Source of the DNA: Oscillospiraceae bacterium
GTDB taxonomy: Bacteria; Bacillota; Clostridia; Oscillospirales; JAAYXM01
Reading direction: 5' to 3'
DNA length: 64,000 nucleotides
Assembly: GCA_017421025.1 (NCBI GenBank)
Contig: JAFQME010000008.1
Span: 41,858 to 105,857 of the forward strand
The notes beneath the pieces are model-generated. The model was not told where the DNA came from. It did not search any database and worked only from the letters and a program-made list of their open reading frames with translations. The position numbers and the translations under genes were made by a program. Below are positions 1 through 12,491 of the stretch, piece by piece (the first letter of the stretch is position 1; each line of letters opens with the position of its first letter).

Positions 1-282
1 CCAGTGATTCTTATTGGTGCTTTTTACCTCCACACCATAAAACCGATTCGCAACAATGTCAGGAAACGATGCCCCTGACACCAACTGGATGGTTCCTTCA
101 AAAGGGGTATGTATCGCACATCTTGCCAATGCATCGTAAACATCTTCTTCTAATTGTGTTCCGTTGCGGCCTTTGTAATATGCTTCTCGTCCCTTGGCTT
201 CCGCATTCAGCGTTGCATCGGTTTTTGCCATGAGTGCTTTGAACTCTTCTAATGGCGGTTTTTTGTTTTCAGATACGATCAC
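1..282 (-). CDS. Type II restriction endonuclease, PD-(D/E)XK family, 5' part (runs off the window)
   Basis: Not in the ORF track. Manual translation from GTG at 282 (after RBS GGAGGTG) gives MIVSENKKPPLEEFKALM...SFPDIVANRFYGVEVKSTNKNHW, containing a PD...EVK motif. It overlaps the MTase stop codon. Confidence 0.75.
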   Translation of the reverse strand, partial: MIVSENKKPPLEEFKALMAKTDATLNAEAKGREAYYKGRNGTQLEEDVYDALARCAIHTPFEGTIQLVSGASFPDIVANRFYGVEVKSTNKNHW

Positions 283-1723
283 CTGTATCACCTCCAAAAT
301 AAATCTCCCATAAAGTTTCAATACGTTTCGCAATGTGGAATCCTAGTAAGGGTGGGACGGCGTTCCCAATCAACTTATATGCTTCGGAAGCGGAAACTGA
401 GGTGTTTGATTGGCTGTTCCGAAAAACAAAATCATAACTGTCTGGAAATGTTTGGATCCGTGCACATTCTCTTATTGTTAATCTTCGTTCTCGTTTTCCG
501 CTTTTGAGTTCTTCTACATAATGACCACCATGTTCGATACTTAAACGGCGGAACTCAATGTTTCCATGGTGTTCCGAGCGGATGGTGGGACCGATGCTGT
601 CGAGCTTAATCTCGGTTTGTCCTTGGCAATGCTTTCCCATATATTTTGCTTTTGAATATTTCTGCTGTGAAACGTCAGCTGAGTTCTCTGGTTCATCTAG
701 ATCACAAAATGCTTGCCGAACTGTCACCGGTGGCAATAACATATTTCCGGGGTTATTGTAAGCGTGTGTAACAATCGGATAAGGATCATAATCTTCTGGA
801 ATCTGCGCCAAAGAGAGTGCTTTCAGTGCTTCCATGGTTAAAGCAGACTTCTTGAAACCAAAGAAAATCACACGTTCTCTCGATTGTGGTACACCATAAT
901 CGGCAGCATGCAGGACTCTTGCTGGGACGACAAGATAGCCATTCTCTGAAATTGTACTAAAATCATGTTCAATAATTGCCTTCACATCGCCGAGGTTTGC
1001 AAGACCTTTTACGTTCTCCGCAATAAACATTTTAGGTTGTGTGATGGCAATTACTTCACGCATCCACATGTATAATTGACCGCGGCTTTCGATACTGGGG
1101 GTGTCGGAGTCTGTAATTCTTTTTCCTGTATGACTCTTGTCTGAATCAAACCCTTGCCGTTTGCCGGCAATGGAAAAGTCCTGACAAGGGAAGCCGCCTG
1201 TAACAATGTCGATGTTTTGAGGGAATACAGAAATTCCATTTTCTTGATGTAGTTTTACCAAATCAACAATACTATCAAGATAATAGGTGGAAGCAGAAAT
1301 CCCTTTTTTGCCAAAATAATTCGTCCATGCAGCTTTGGCATCTTCTTTGATGTCGTTAGCAAAAACAGTATGGAATCTGTTTTTTGGAAGGCGAACCCAG
1401 TTTTCATCTATCTTCTGAACGTTCCAATGCTTGTTGATTGTTTTATTGACACATAACTTTAAAACTTCAAAATCACCTTCAAATCCCAAATCCATGCCAC
1501 CACAGCCGGAGAATAACGACAACACATTGATATTTGTTTTTCTTGTGTGGCTTTTGGTTTGTTTGCCTTGCCTTGCAGGTTTCGCTGTTGTTGAGGGGAT
1601 GAACCAAATACCGCTCTTTTTGACTGCACCATCTATACGCCCCTCGTTGCATAAAATTTGCACTCTGCGTGGGGTGATATTCCATTTTTTAGCTGCAGCT
1701 TGGACGGTAATCATCTCGTTCAT
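269..1723 (-). CDS. C5-cytosine DNA methyltransferase (M.BepI-like, probably CGCG) with an N-terminal excisionase-like HTH
   Basis: Motif I LFSGCGG, IV GGFPCQDFS, VI ENVKGL, VIII QSRERV, X IGNAVPP. The segment TIRSEHHGNIEFRRLS matches M.BepI as recalled. The first ~50 aa (AAKKWNITPRRVQILCNEGRIDGAVK-SGIWFIP) are HTH-like. Low GC. Confidence 0.92.
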   Translation of the reverse strand: MNEMITVQAAAKKWNITPRRVQILCNEGRIDGAVKKSGIWFIPSTTAKPARQGKQTKSHTRKTNINVLSLFSGCGGMDLGFEGDFEVLKLCVNKTINKHWNVQKIDENWVRLPKNRFHTVFANDIKEDAKAAWTNYFGKKGISASTYYLDSIVDLVKLHQENGISVFPQNIDIVTGGFPCQDFSIAGKRQGFDSDKSHTGKRITDSDTPSIESRGQLYMWMREVIAITQPKMFIAENVKGLANLGDVKAIIEHDFSTISENGYLVVPARVLHAADYGVPQSRERVIFFGFKKSALTMEALKALSLAQIPEDYDPYPIVTHAYNNPGNMLLPPVTVRQAFCDLDEPENSADVSQQKYSKAKYMGKHCQGQTEIKLDSIGPTIRSEHHGNIEFRRLSIEHGGHYVEELKSGKRERRLTIRECARIQTFPDSYDFVFRNSQSNTSVSASEAYKLIGNAVPPLLGFHIAKRIETLWEIYFGGDTGDRI

Positions 1724-1753
1724 AATCCTATCACCTCGCTTGTAATTATATCT

Positions 1754-1782
1754 ATTATATTCGTTTGTGCGAACTTTTACAA
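1754..1782 (-). promoter_or_regulatory. SigmaA promoter of the RM operon with a palindromic operator in the spacer
   Basis: Minus strand TTGTAA-17 nt-TATAAT. The spacer holds TTCG-N6-CGAA (1760-1773). Confidence 0.6.
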
Positions 1783-1887
1783 TGGGTTATCAAAAGAAAA
1801 TTCCCCTTTAGCCATTGCTTCGGCTCCAAAGGGGGGAACAGTTCATCGGACGACCATCAAGAGCCGCCATTTCGGATTCCTTTGAGT

Positions 1888-1924
1888 AAAAAAAACACCC
1901 ACCCGATAGGGTGAGTGTTTTTTT
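1888..1924 (-). terminator. Intrinsic terminator after tRNA-Ser
   Basis: AAAAAAAACACCCACCC-GATA-GGGTGAGTGTTTTTTT hairpin with A/T tails. Confidence 0.75.
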
Positions 1925-2013
1925 TGGCGGAGAGAAAGGGATTCGAACCCTTGGCTCCTTGCGGAGTCACTGGTTTTCAAGACCAGCTCCTTAAACCACT
2001 CGGACATCTCTCC
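1925..2013 (-). tRNA. tRNA-Ser(TGA)
   Basis: Reverse complement GGAGAGATGTCCGAGTGGTTTAAGGAGCTGGTC-TTGAAAA-CCAG...GGTTCGAATCC...CCGCCA, with long variable arm and encoded CCA. Confidence 0.97.
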
Positions 2014-2026
2014 GTAGACGTCACTA

Positions 2027-2077
2027 AATATACCAAAAGAATGGAGTCTTGTCAAGTTTGAAAATGCGTGGTATACT
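2027..2077. promoter_or_regulatory. Back-to-back sigmaA promoters (tRNA-Ser and ywlG-like gene) with overlapping -35 boxes
   Basis: Minus: TTGACA(2055-2050)-17-TATATT. Plus: TTGTCA(2049)-17-TATACT with extended TG. Confidence 0.65.
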
Positions 2078-2101
2078 AATTGCGGAAAGAAGGCGAACAA
2101 G

Positions 2102-2650
2102 ATGAGTACATTGCATGAGCAGGCAAAAACTGCTGTTTTGGAACTGATTGAAAAAGCAAATCTCAAAGCAGGGGATTTGATGGTAGTGGGATGTTCTTCC
2201 AGCGAGATTATCGGGAGTAAAATCGGCTCGAACTCCTCGCTTGAGACCGCCGAGGAGGTATTCGGTGCGATTTACGGAGAACTTTCTGCCCGTGGCATTT
2301 TCCTTGCCGCACAGTGCTGTGAGCACTTAAACCGTGCCCTCATTGTGGAGGAAGAGGTTGCAAGAAAATATGGCTGGGATCCGGTGAATGTGGTTCCGCA
2401 GCCCAAGGCAGGCGGCTCGTTTGCCACCACCGCATACAAGACCTTCGCAGCACCGGTTGCGGTGGAGCATATCCGTGCAAAAGCAGGGCTTGACATCGGC
2501 GGAACGCTGATCGGGATGCATCTGATGCCGGTTGCGGTGCCGGTGCGTCTTTCGGTGAAGAGGATCGGGGAAGCACCCATCATTTGTGCCCGTATCCGTC
2601 CGAAATTTATCGGCGGCGAGCGTGCGCATTACAACGACGAATTGAAATAG
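2102..2650 (+). CDS. TIGR01440/UPF0340 (YwlG-like) protein
   Basis: VGCSSSEI, AAQCCEHLNRAL, KAGGS, DIGGTLIGMHL and RPKFIGGERA motifs. Confidence 0.88.
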   Translation: MSTLHEQAKTAVLELIEKANLKAGDLMVVGCSSSEIIGSKIGSNSSLETAEEVFGAIYGELSARGIFLAAQCCEHLNRALIVEEEVARKYGWDPVNVVPQPKAGGSFATTAYKTFAAPVAVEHIRAKAGLDIGGTLIGMHLMPVAVPVRLSVKRIGEAPIICARIRPKFIGGERAHYNDELK

Positions 2651-2771
2651 ACTCTTCCGGCGGTCGTGTGCTGCCGGAATTCTTTTGCTTCTAATTTACA
2701 AAATGTTCACCACTTTTTTGGAAAACCGGGTAGAATAAACTTTGTAACTGTATGAAACTCGAGGTGATGGG

Positions 2772-3461
2772 ATGAAAACGAAAATTTTGATTGTTGAAGA
2801 CGATCGCAATATCTCGGAACTCATCCGTCTGTATTTGGAAAAGGAGAGTTTTGAGGTGGCGCAGGCCGAGGACGGACGTCAAGGCGTGGAGCTCTTTTCC
2901 TCCTTTGCGCCGGATTTGATTTTGCTCGATCTCATGCTCCCCGGGCTGGATGGCTGGGGCGTGTGCCGTGAGATTCGAAAAACCTCGTCCGTCCCGATTA
3001 TCATGGTCACCGCAAAGGATGAAACCTTTGACAAGGTGATGGGGCTTGAGATGGGTGCGGACGACTATATTGCAAAACCGTTTGATATGAAAGAAGTCAT
3101 CGCACGCATCCATGCGGTGCTGCGTCGCACCGCAAAAGACCAAGCGTCCGACGGCAAGATTCTGGAATACGACAAACTTGTCATTGATATGAATGCGTAT
3201 CAGGTAACGGTGGATGGAAAACGGGTGGAAATGCCGCCGAAAGAAATTGAACTCTTGCATTTCCTCGCCTCGCATCCCAACCGTGTCTTTACCCGAAATC
3301 AGTTGCTTGACGATGTGTGGGGCTTTGAATATTTTGGCGACTCCCGCACCGTGGATGTCCACATCAAGCGTTTGCGTGAGAAGGTGGACGGCGTGAGCGA
3401 CAAATGGCTGCTCAAGACCGTGTGGAGCGTGGGCTATAAATTTGAGGTTGTCGATCAATGA
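2772..3461 (+). CDS. OmpR/PhoB-family response regulator
   Basis: Receiver (VEDD, LDLMLP, KPF) plus winged helix (RTVDVHIKRLREK, TVWSVGY). Confidence 0.95.
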   Translation: MKTKILIVEDDRNISELIRLYLEKESFEVAQAEDGRQGVELFSSFAPDLILLDLMLPGLDGWGVCREIRKTSSVPIIMVTAKDETFDKVMGLEMGADDYIAKPFDMKEVIARIHAVLRRTAKDQASDGKILEYDKLVIDMNAYQVTVDGKRVEMPPKEIELLHFLASHPNRVFTRNQLLDDVWGFEYFGDSRTVDVHIKRLREKVDGVSDKWLLKTVWSVGYKFEVVDQ

Positions 3462-4909
3462 AAAGTTTGATGGGCAAACTCTTCGTGTTCACAGCGCTGA
3501 TGGTGATTTTGAGCATGGTGATTTTAGGCGGCGGAATTTTCCCCCAACTGCGAAACACCGTGCTTTTGGAAAAACAGCAGAACATGACACGGACCGCAAA
3601 GCAGGTGGGCGGTATGACCACCGAGCTTTTGGGAAATTACAACTATATTCAGGAACGCAATTACCGATTCATGCTGGAGAATCTGACCGAGGATGGGCGC
3701 AACCACATCCTGGTGTGTGACAGTGACGGGCAGGTCCTCATCAGCTCGGATGAGAGTTTTGGGGCGTATCTCGGCGCAGTCATCCCCTCCGAGGTGCAGA
3801 AAGAACTGTTGCAAACCGGCAGCTACAACGGGGTGGGCAACCTTGGCGGGCTGTACCGAGGCACGAATTATACCGCCGGTGAGGTTTATCGCAACCCGGA
3901 CGGCGAAGTGGCAGGGTTTGTCCTGGTCACCTCGTCGGTGGAGCACGTCACCCGAGTGGTGGGGGAGATCCAAAGTACCTTCTATTTTTGGATGATTCTG
4001 ATCGTGCTGTTTATCGCAATTCTGGCTTACTGCATTTCCCGCACGCTCACCCGACCCGTCAAGCGGATGGCGAGTGCAGCACGTGAATTTGCCCATGGGA
4101 AATACACCACCCGTGTCCCGGTCACAACGAGAGACGAAATCGGAGAACTCACGGTTGCATTTAACAACATGGCGGACTCGATTGAAAAATCCGAGGAGCT
4201 GCGTCGTGGATTTGTGGCAAATGTGTCGCATGAACTCCGCTCACCCATGACCAGTATCGCAGGATTTGTGGACGGGATTTTAGACGGTACCATCCCGCCC
4301 GAGCAGCAGGAAAAGTACCTCACCATCATCTCTTCCGAGGTGCGGCGCTTGTCCCGACTGGTGAGCAGGATGCTGGATATCACACGGATGCAGGCGTCTG
4401 ACCCCACCGAAAACGGGGTGCGCTTTGATCTGTGCGAGGTGGTGCGGCGTGCCGTACTGGCATTTGAAGCACGACTCGAGGAGAAAACTCTGGTGCTGGA
4501 TGTCAAACTCCCGGCGGAGGAACTGTTCTTATTCGGAAACGAGGACGCACTCTATCAGGTGGTGTATAACCTGGTGGACAATGCGGTGAAATTCTCGGAT
4601 GAAGAGCGGGTCATTACCATTTCGGTGGTGGCACGGGGCAGAGATGCGGAGTTTTCCATCTCCAACTTCGGCCCGACCATCCCGCCCGAAGAACTTCCCT
4701 TTGTCTTTGACCGATTCCATAAAACCGACCGTTCACGCAGTGAACAGACCGGGCTGGGACTCGGACTCTATATTGTAAAAACAACCGTCAATCAGCACAA
4801 AGGCGACATTGGCGTCATGAGTGAAAACGGGAAAACCACATTCTGGTTCCGTGTCCCGATGATGCGTGTGTCGAGAAACGAACAAGCAGGAGGAACAAAA
4901 CATGAGTGA
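3458..4909 (+). CDS. HAMP-domain sensor histidine kinase
   Basis: Two TMs, HAMP (DEIGEL), H-box SHELRSP, N-box NLVDNA, G-box GLGLGL; ATGA overlap with the regulator. Confidence 0.95.
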   Translation: MKSLMGKLFVFTALMVILSMVILGGGIFPQLRNTVLLEKQQNMTRTAKQVGGMTTELLGNYNYIQERNYRFMLENLTEDGRNHILVCDSDGQVLISSDESFGAYLGAVIPSEVQKELLQTGSYNGVGNLGGLYRGTNYTAGEVYRNPDGEVAGFVLVTSSVEHVTRVVGEIQSTFYFWMILIVLFIAILAYCISRTLTRPVKRMASAAREFAHGKYTTRVPVTTRDEIGELTVAFNNMADSIEKSEELRRGFVANVSHELRSPMTSIAGFVDGILDGTIPPEQQEKYLTIISSEVRRLSRLVSRMLDITRMQASDPTENGVRFDLCEVVRRAVLAFEARLEEKTLVLDVKLPAEELFLFGNEDALYQVVYNLVDNAVKFSDEERVITISVVARGRDAEFSISNFGPTIPPEELPFVFDRFHKTDRSRSEQTGLGLGLYIVKTTVNQHKGDIGVMSENGKTTFWFRVPMMRVSRNEQAGGTKHE

Positions 4910-6278
4910 TGAATTGAACCGTATTCCGGAGGAGGAAACCTCAATCGAGGAAACTCCAATTGAGGAAACCCCGGTGGAAGAAACCCCGGTGGAGGCAGAA
5001 CCCATTCCCGAGTTTGACATTGAGTCGCTCGATGAGGAAGCGGAGGCGGAAACTTCCACCCCACGCAGCGAATTTTCTCAGCAGGCGGAATTCTACCGCC
5101 GTGTGCAGATGTCCGAACAAAAAGGCAAAAAGAAACGCCGCAAGATCTTAGCAATCGTGTTCGGTGCGCTTGCCGCTTATCTGCTTTTGATCGCAATCGT
5201 GATCGGGGTAGTGGTCTATTTCATCTCGGGTGCACGCCCCCAACTTCAAGAACAGCCTGATGTGCGTGTGGAAGAGTACGTCGAGATTCAGAAAACCCCG
5301 TTTGTCAAAGACGAGGCAGCAAATCCGGACGGCACCATGAGCGTCAAGCAGATTGCGAAGAAAGTCCGCCCGTCGGTGGTCGGCGTTGTGGCAAACGCAA
5401 TCTCTTCCAGCCCGTTCTCTTCGTCCTCCGGGTCGGTGGGAAGCGGCATCATCCTGAGCGAGGATGGCTACATCATCACCAACAACCACGTGATTGAAAA
5501 CTCGGATTCGGTCTCGGTCATCTTGGATGACGGCACCGAATACGGCGCACGCATCATCGGTGTGGACGCACGTACCGACCTTGCTGTACTCAAAGTGGAG
5601 GCAAAAGATCTTCCTGCGGCAACTTTCGGGGATTCGGATGCACTGGAACAGGGCGACCTTGCGGTTGCAATCGGAAACCCGGCAGGACTCCAGCTTCAGA
5701 ACACCGTGACAAGCGGAATCATCTCCGCTATCAACCGTGACGTGATTGTGGAAAACCAGCCCATGACCTTAATCCAGACCGATGCGTCCATCAACCCGGG
5801 CAACTCGGGCGGACCGCTGGTCAACGCCTACGGTCAGGTAGTGGGCATCAATACCATCAAAATCGGCATCTCCTACTATGAGGGCCTTGGCTTTGCCATC
5901 CCGATGAACACGGTCAAGCCCATTGTGGACGAACTCATCTCCCGTGGCTATGTCAAAGGTCGTCCCACCATCGGCATCACCGGTGAGATTTTGGATGAGC
6001 GTACCGCATCGTACTTCGGCGTTCCGGCAGGCATGTATGTCGACTCGGTTGACCCACGCTCGGATGCGTATCAGAAAGGCATTATGCGTGGCGATATCAT
6101 CGTGAAGGTAGAGGGTCAGGAGGTCACATCCCTTGGCGATGTGCAAAAGGTCCGTGACGAACACGTGGCAGGCGACTCCATCACACTCACAGTCTACCGC
6201 AACGGCAATACCCGTGACATCAAAATCATTTTGATGGACGAGGCGGAACTCAATGCCATGAACGGCATGCAGAACTAA
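4902..6278 (+). CDS. htrA: HtrA/DegP-family membrane serine protease with PDZ domain
   Basis: TNNHV, DLAVLK and INPGNSGGPL triad, single TM, C-terminal PDZ; start moved to ATG 4902 after GGAGG. Confidence 0.93.
   Translation: MSDELNRIPEEETSIEETPIEETPVEETPVEAEPIPEFDIESLDEEAEAETSTPRSEFSQQAEFYRRVQMSEQKGKKKRRKILAIVFGALAAYLLLIAIVIGVVVYFISGARPQLQEQPDVRVEEYVEIQKTPFVKDEAANPDGTMSVKQIAKKVRPSVVGVVANAISSSPFSSSSGSVGSGIILSEDGYIITNNHVIENSDSVSVILDDGTEYGARIIGVDARTDLAVLKVEAKDLPAATFGDSDALEQGDLAVAIGNPAGLQLQNTVTSGIISAINRDVIVENQPMTLIQTDASINPGNSGGPLVNAYGQVVGINTIKIGISYYEGLGFAIPMNTVKPIVDELISRGYVKGRPTIGITGEILDERTASYFGVPAGMYVDSVDPRSDAYQKGIMRGDIIVKVEGQEVTSLGDVQKVRDEHVAGDSITLTVYRNGNTRDIKIILMDEAELNAMNGMQN
4932..4991 (+). 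repeat. 4 x 15-bp coding tandem repeat (EETSI/EETPI/EETPV/EETPV) in the HtrA N-terminus
   Basis: GAGGAAACCTCAATC GAGGAAACTCCAATT GAGGAAACCCCGGTG GAAGAAACCCCGGTG. Confidence 0.85.
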
Positions 6279-6281
6279 CGG

Positions 6282-6318
6282 AATTCACCCCAATTTTCGG
6301 ATTGGGGTGAATTTTTTT
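6282..6318 (+). terminator. Intrinsic terminator after htrA
   Basis: AATTCACCCCAAT...ATTGGGGTGAATT plus T run. Confidence 0.85.
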
Positions 6319-6469
6319 ATGAAAATCACTTTACAAGCGGGAGAAACCGTGGTATCATATCTTGAATGTAACACCCGTGTTGCGGGAAGATTCATTCTCC
6401 GCCCTCTGCTTCAAAACGAGGGGCGGGGTATTTTTATGTAGATGACGCAAAAAGAAAGGTGGGATTGTC

Positions 6470-7978
6470 ATGGTTGCAAAAATTTCAATGCTTGTGTTTT
6501 TTGTCGCAGTTACTGTTCTCATCGCAGTGGTTTGCAGAAAGCGTGACGCCGGCGTTTCCGAGTTTGTCCTTGGCGGCCGCAGTGTCGGGCCGTGGCTGAC
6601 CGCTTTTTCTTACGGCACCGCATATTTCTCCGCTGTGGTCTTTGTGGGCTATGCGGGTCAGTTCGGTTGGAATTTCGGCGTTTCCGCAACCTGGATCGGG
6701 CTGGGAAATGCCTTCATCGGCAGTTTGATGGCGTGGATGATTCTGGGGCGTCGTACCCGTGTCATGACCAAGCACCTGGAAAGTGCCACCATGCCGGATT
6801 TCTTCGCAAAGCGTTTTGACAGCCATGCTTTGCGCATTGTCACCTCGGTGATTATTTTTGTATTTTTGATTCCGTATTCTGCATCGGTCTATAAAGGACA
6901 GTCGGGGCTGTTTTCGCTTTCTTTCCATCTTGATTATACCTATTGCATCATCGGTGTGGCACTCCTCACCGGTCTGTATGTGGTGGTGGGCGGCTATATG
7001 GCAACCGCATTCAACGACCTGTTCCAGGGCATTATCATGCTGATTGGAATTGTGGCGGTCGTGGTTGCGGTCCTTTCCAAAAACGGCGGACTCACCGACT
7101 CCCTCAATGCACTCTCTCAAATCCCGTGCGAAACCGCACCGAATCTGCAAGGCGCATTCACCTCGTTCTTCGGTCCGAATATGGTCGAACTTGCGAGTGT
7201 TGTGGTGCTCACCAGCCTCGGTACTTGGGGACTTCCGCAGATGGTGCACAAGTTCTACACCATCAAGAGCGAGCGCTCCATCAAGGCGGGGACTGTGATT
7301 TCCACCGCATTTGCGCTCATCATCGCAGGCGGCAGCTATTTCCTCGGCGGCTTTGGCAGACTGTTTTACACCCCGAACGGAAACGTGGTATTTGATGAAA
7401 TCATTCCCACCATGTTGGCAGAGTCCTTGCCGGACCTGCTCATCGGTTTGGTTTTGATTCTGGTGCTCTCTGCATCCATGTCCACCCTCGCAAGCCTTGT
7501 CATGACCTCCAGCTCCACTTTCACGCTGGACTTCCTCAAGGGTGCACTGTTTCCGAATATGAACAGCAAAGCACAGGTGCTTGTCATCCGTGTTTTGTGT
7601 GCGTTCTTTGTATTGCTGTCGGTCGTCATTGCGCTCAACCCGTCCAACCTCATCACCTCGCTGATGTCCCTTTCCTGGGGCACTTTGGCAGGCTGCTTCC
7701 TCGGCCCGTTTATCTACGGTCTGTATTGGAAGCGCACCACCCGTGCAAGCGTTTGGGTGACCCTGATTACAGGGGTTGGGATCAACGTGGCAAATCTCTT
7801 TGGCGCATGGGTTTCTCCCACCGTTGCGGGGGCGGCATCCATGATTTTATCGCTTGTTTTGGTACCCGTGGTCTCTCTTGTCACCCCGAAACTCTCCGAG
7901 GGACACGTATCGAATTTGTTCTCCTGCTACACCGTCAAGGCAGAGGTGGAGCAGAAATATGCCATTGATGAAAAATAA
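6470..7978 (+). CDS. Sodium:solute symporter (SSS; PutP/PanF-like)
   Basis: FVLGGRSVGPW, TMPDFFAKRF, GTWGLPQ and LSASMSTL motifs; about 13 TMs. Confidence 0.9.
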   Translation: MVAKISMLVFFVAVTVLIAVVCRKRDAGVSEFVLGGRSVGPWLTAFSYGTAYFSAVVFVGYAGQFGWNFGVSATWIGLGNAFIGSLMAWMILGRRTRVMTKHLESATMPDFFAKRFDSHALRIVTSVIIFVFLIPYSASVYKGQSGLFSLSFHLDYTYCIIGVALLTGLYVVVGGYMATAFNDLFQGIIMLIGIVAVVVAVLSKNGGLTDSLNALSQIPCETAPNLQGAFTSFFGPNMVELASVVVLTSLGTWGLPQMVHKFYTIKSERSIKAGTVISTAFALIIAGGSYFLGGFGRLFYTPNGNVVFDEIIPTMLAESLPDLLIGLVLILVLSASMSTLASLVMTSSSTFTLDFLKGALFPNMNSKAQVLVIRVLCAFFVLLSVVIALNPSNLITSLMSLSWGTLAGCFLGPFIYGLYWKRTTRASVWVTLITGVGINVANLFGAWVSPTVAGAASMILSLVLVPVVSLVTPKLSEGHVSNLFSCYTVKAEVEQKYAIDEK

Positions 7979-8081
7979 TTTGTTTTGTTGCGAGTTTTTC
8001 TTTTGAAAAACTCGCTTCTTTATGGTATACTGAAGTTTAACAGGAAACACATTGTCATAAGTGAGAAAAGGAGCGTCTGTT

Positions 8082-8843
8082 ATGAAAAGAATCCTGGCGT
8101 TGTTGCTTTCGTTGCTGCTGGTGACCACCGCTGCTGCAAAAACCGTGGATATCACAGGAAATGAGAGCTTTCTGTTGTGGAATCGATGCAACAATAACGA
8201 GTGCGAGGAAAGCTTCCTTCTCTTTGGTTACAACAGCTGTACCGATTCCGTCGAGATGTATTCGGTGGTCAAAGCGTATGCGGAAAGCAAAGGCGTGACC
8301 ATGTATGCGGTGGACGGCTCACTGCTCGGCATCCGTGAAGCACTTGGCGGCGGCTCGTTGGAGCTGCCTGCAATTGTGGTGTATAACAAAAGCACCAGAG
8401 CCCTCGGCGGCGGGGACGGCATCAAGAGCCTGTCGGCGTTGAAGGCGATTGCCGACCCTATTTTGGATGCGAGAAATCCGAAGATTCAGCTTACCATCGG
8501 CTCGGATATCATGCTGTGTGACGGCAAAAAAATCAAGCTGGAAGTTCCGGCAACCATCATTAACGGTCGCACAATGGTGCCGCTCAGAGCGGTATTTGAT
8601 GCCCTCGGTGTTGCGGTCACCTGGAACGGTCAGAGCAAGCACATTACCGCAAAAAAAGGCGGGATTGAACTCGGACTCACGGTTGGAAACAACCTGATGA
8701 GCGTCAATTACGACTATGTGAAGTTGGATTCCCCGCCTGTGATTCTAAACGGCAAAACGATGGTCCCCGCCCGTGCGATTTCAGAGCCGTTCGGTGCAGA
8801 TGTAAGTTGGGACCCGACCACCCGCACCGTTACCATTCAGTAA
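8082..8843 (+). CDS. Secreted protein with a possible thioredoxin-like N-domain and a copper amine oxidase N-terminal-like surface domain
   Basis: Signal peptide; repeats IINGRTMVPLRAVFDALG and ILNGKTMVPARAISEPFGADVSWD; N-part LFGYNSCTDS...P.IVVY. Confidence 0.75.
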   Translation: MKRILALLLSLLLVTTAAAKTVDITGNESFLLWNRCNNNECEESFLLFGYNSCTDSVEMYSVVKAYAESKGVTMYAVDGSLLGIREALGGGSLELPAIVVYNKSTRALGGGDGIKSLSALKAIADPILDARNPKIQLTIGSDIMLCDGKKIKLEVPATIINGRTMVPLRAVFDALGVAVTWNGQSKHITAKKGGIELGLTVGNNLMSVNYDYVKLDSPPVILNGKTMVPARAISEPFGADVSWDPTTRTVTIQ

Positions 8844-8887
8844 ACAAACAATTCCATTGAAACTATAGAGAAAAAGGAGAAACCATC

Positions 8888-12112
<3,225 letters not shown>

Positions 12113-12113
12113 G

Positions 12114-12392
12114 AGGGTATCTTCACATAGGGAGAAATCGGTTTTGATACGCCCTTTTTCGAAAATACTGCATCAAAACGCACCGATATCCGTCAGGATT
12201 ATCGGTGCGTTTTTCTTTGTCTTTTGCGAAAAATGTCAGCCTCAAAACTGCTTCGCATCTTATGACGAGGATTTCGTGATTCGAAAGCAAGCAAAAACAC
12301 GAGGGAATCATTGGCGGTTTTTGAGGATTTTTGTGATGCTATGGACTTGAAATCCTGTCATAAGACGAATGCTCCCCATATGAAGACACCCT
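12114..12392. mobile_element. Structured intergenic repeat, MITE-like, copy 1 (full)
   Basis: Terminal IR AGGGTATCTTCACATAGGGAG / CTCCCCATATGAAGACACCCT; two long internal arms around TGCTTCGCA; homologous to 48191-48291 and 50720-51026. Confidence 0.7.
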
Positions 12393-12491
12393 TGGGTGTT
12401 TTTTCGGGGAAACACTTGACAGACGGAAATGTCCTGTGGTAAATTATAATTGCGTAGTGTTCGCTTAATTTTTACATAAGGAGAAATTACC

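Noticed and set aside
1800-1885. Hairpin between the RM promoter and the tRNA terminator as a possible att site or small RNA
   Set aside because: No tRNA 3'-end duplication or integrase visible in the window; single imperfect hairpin only.
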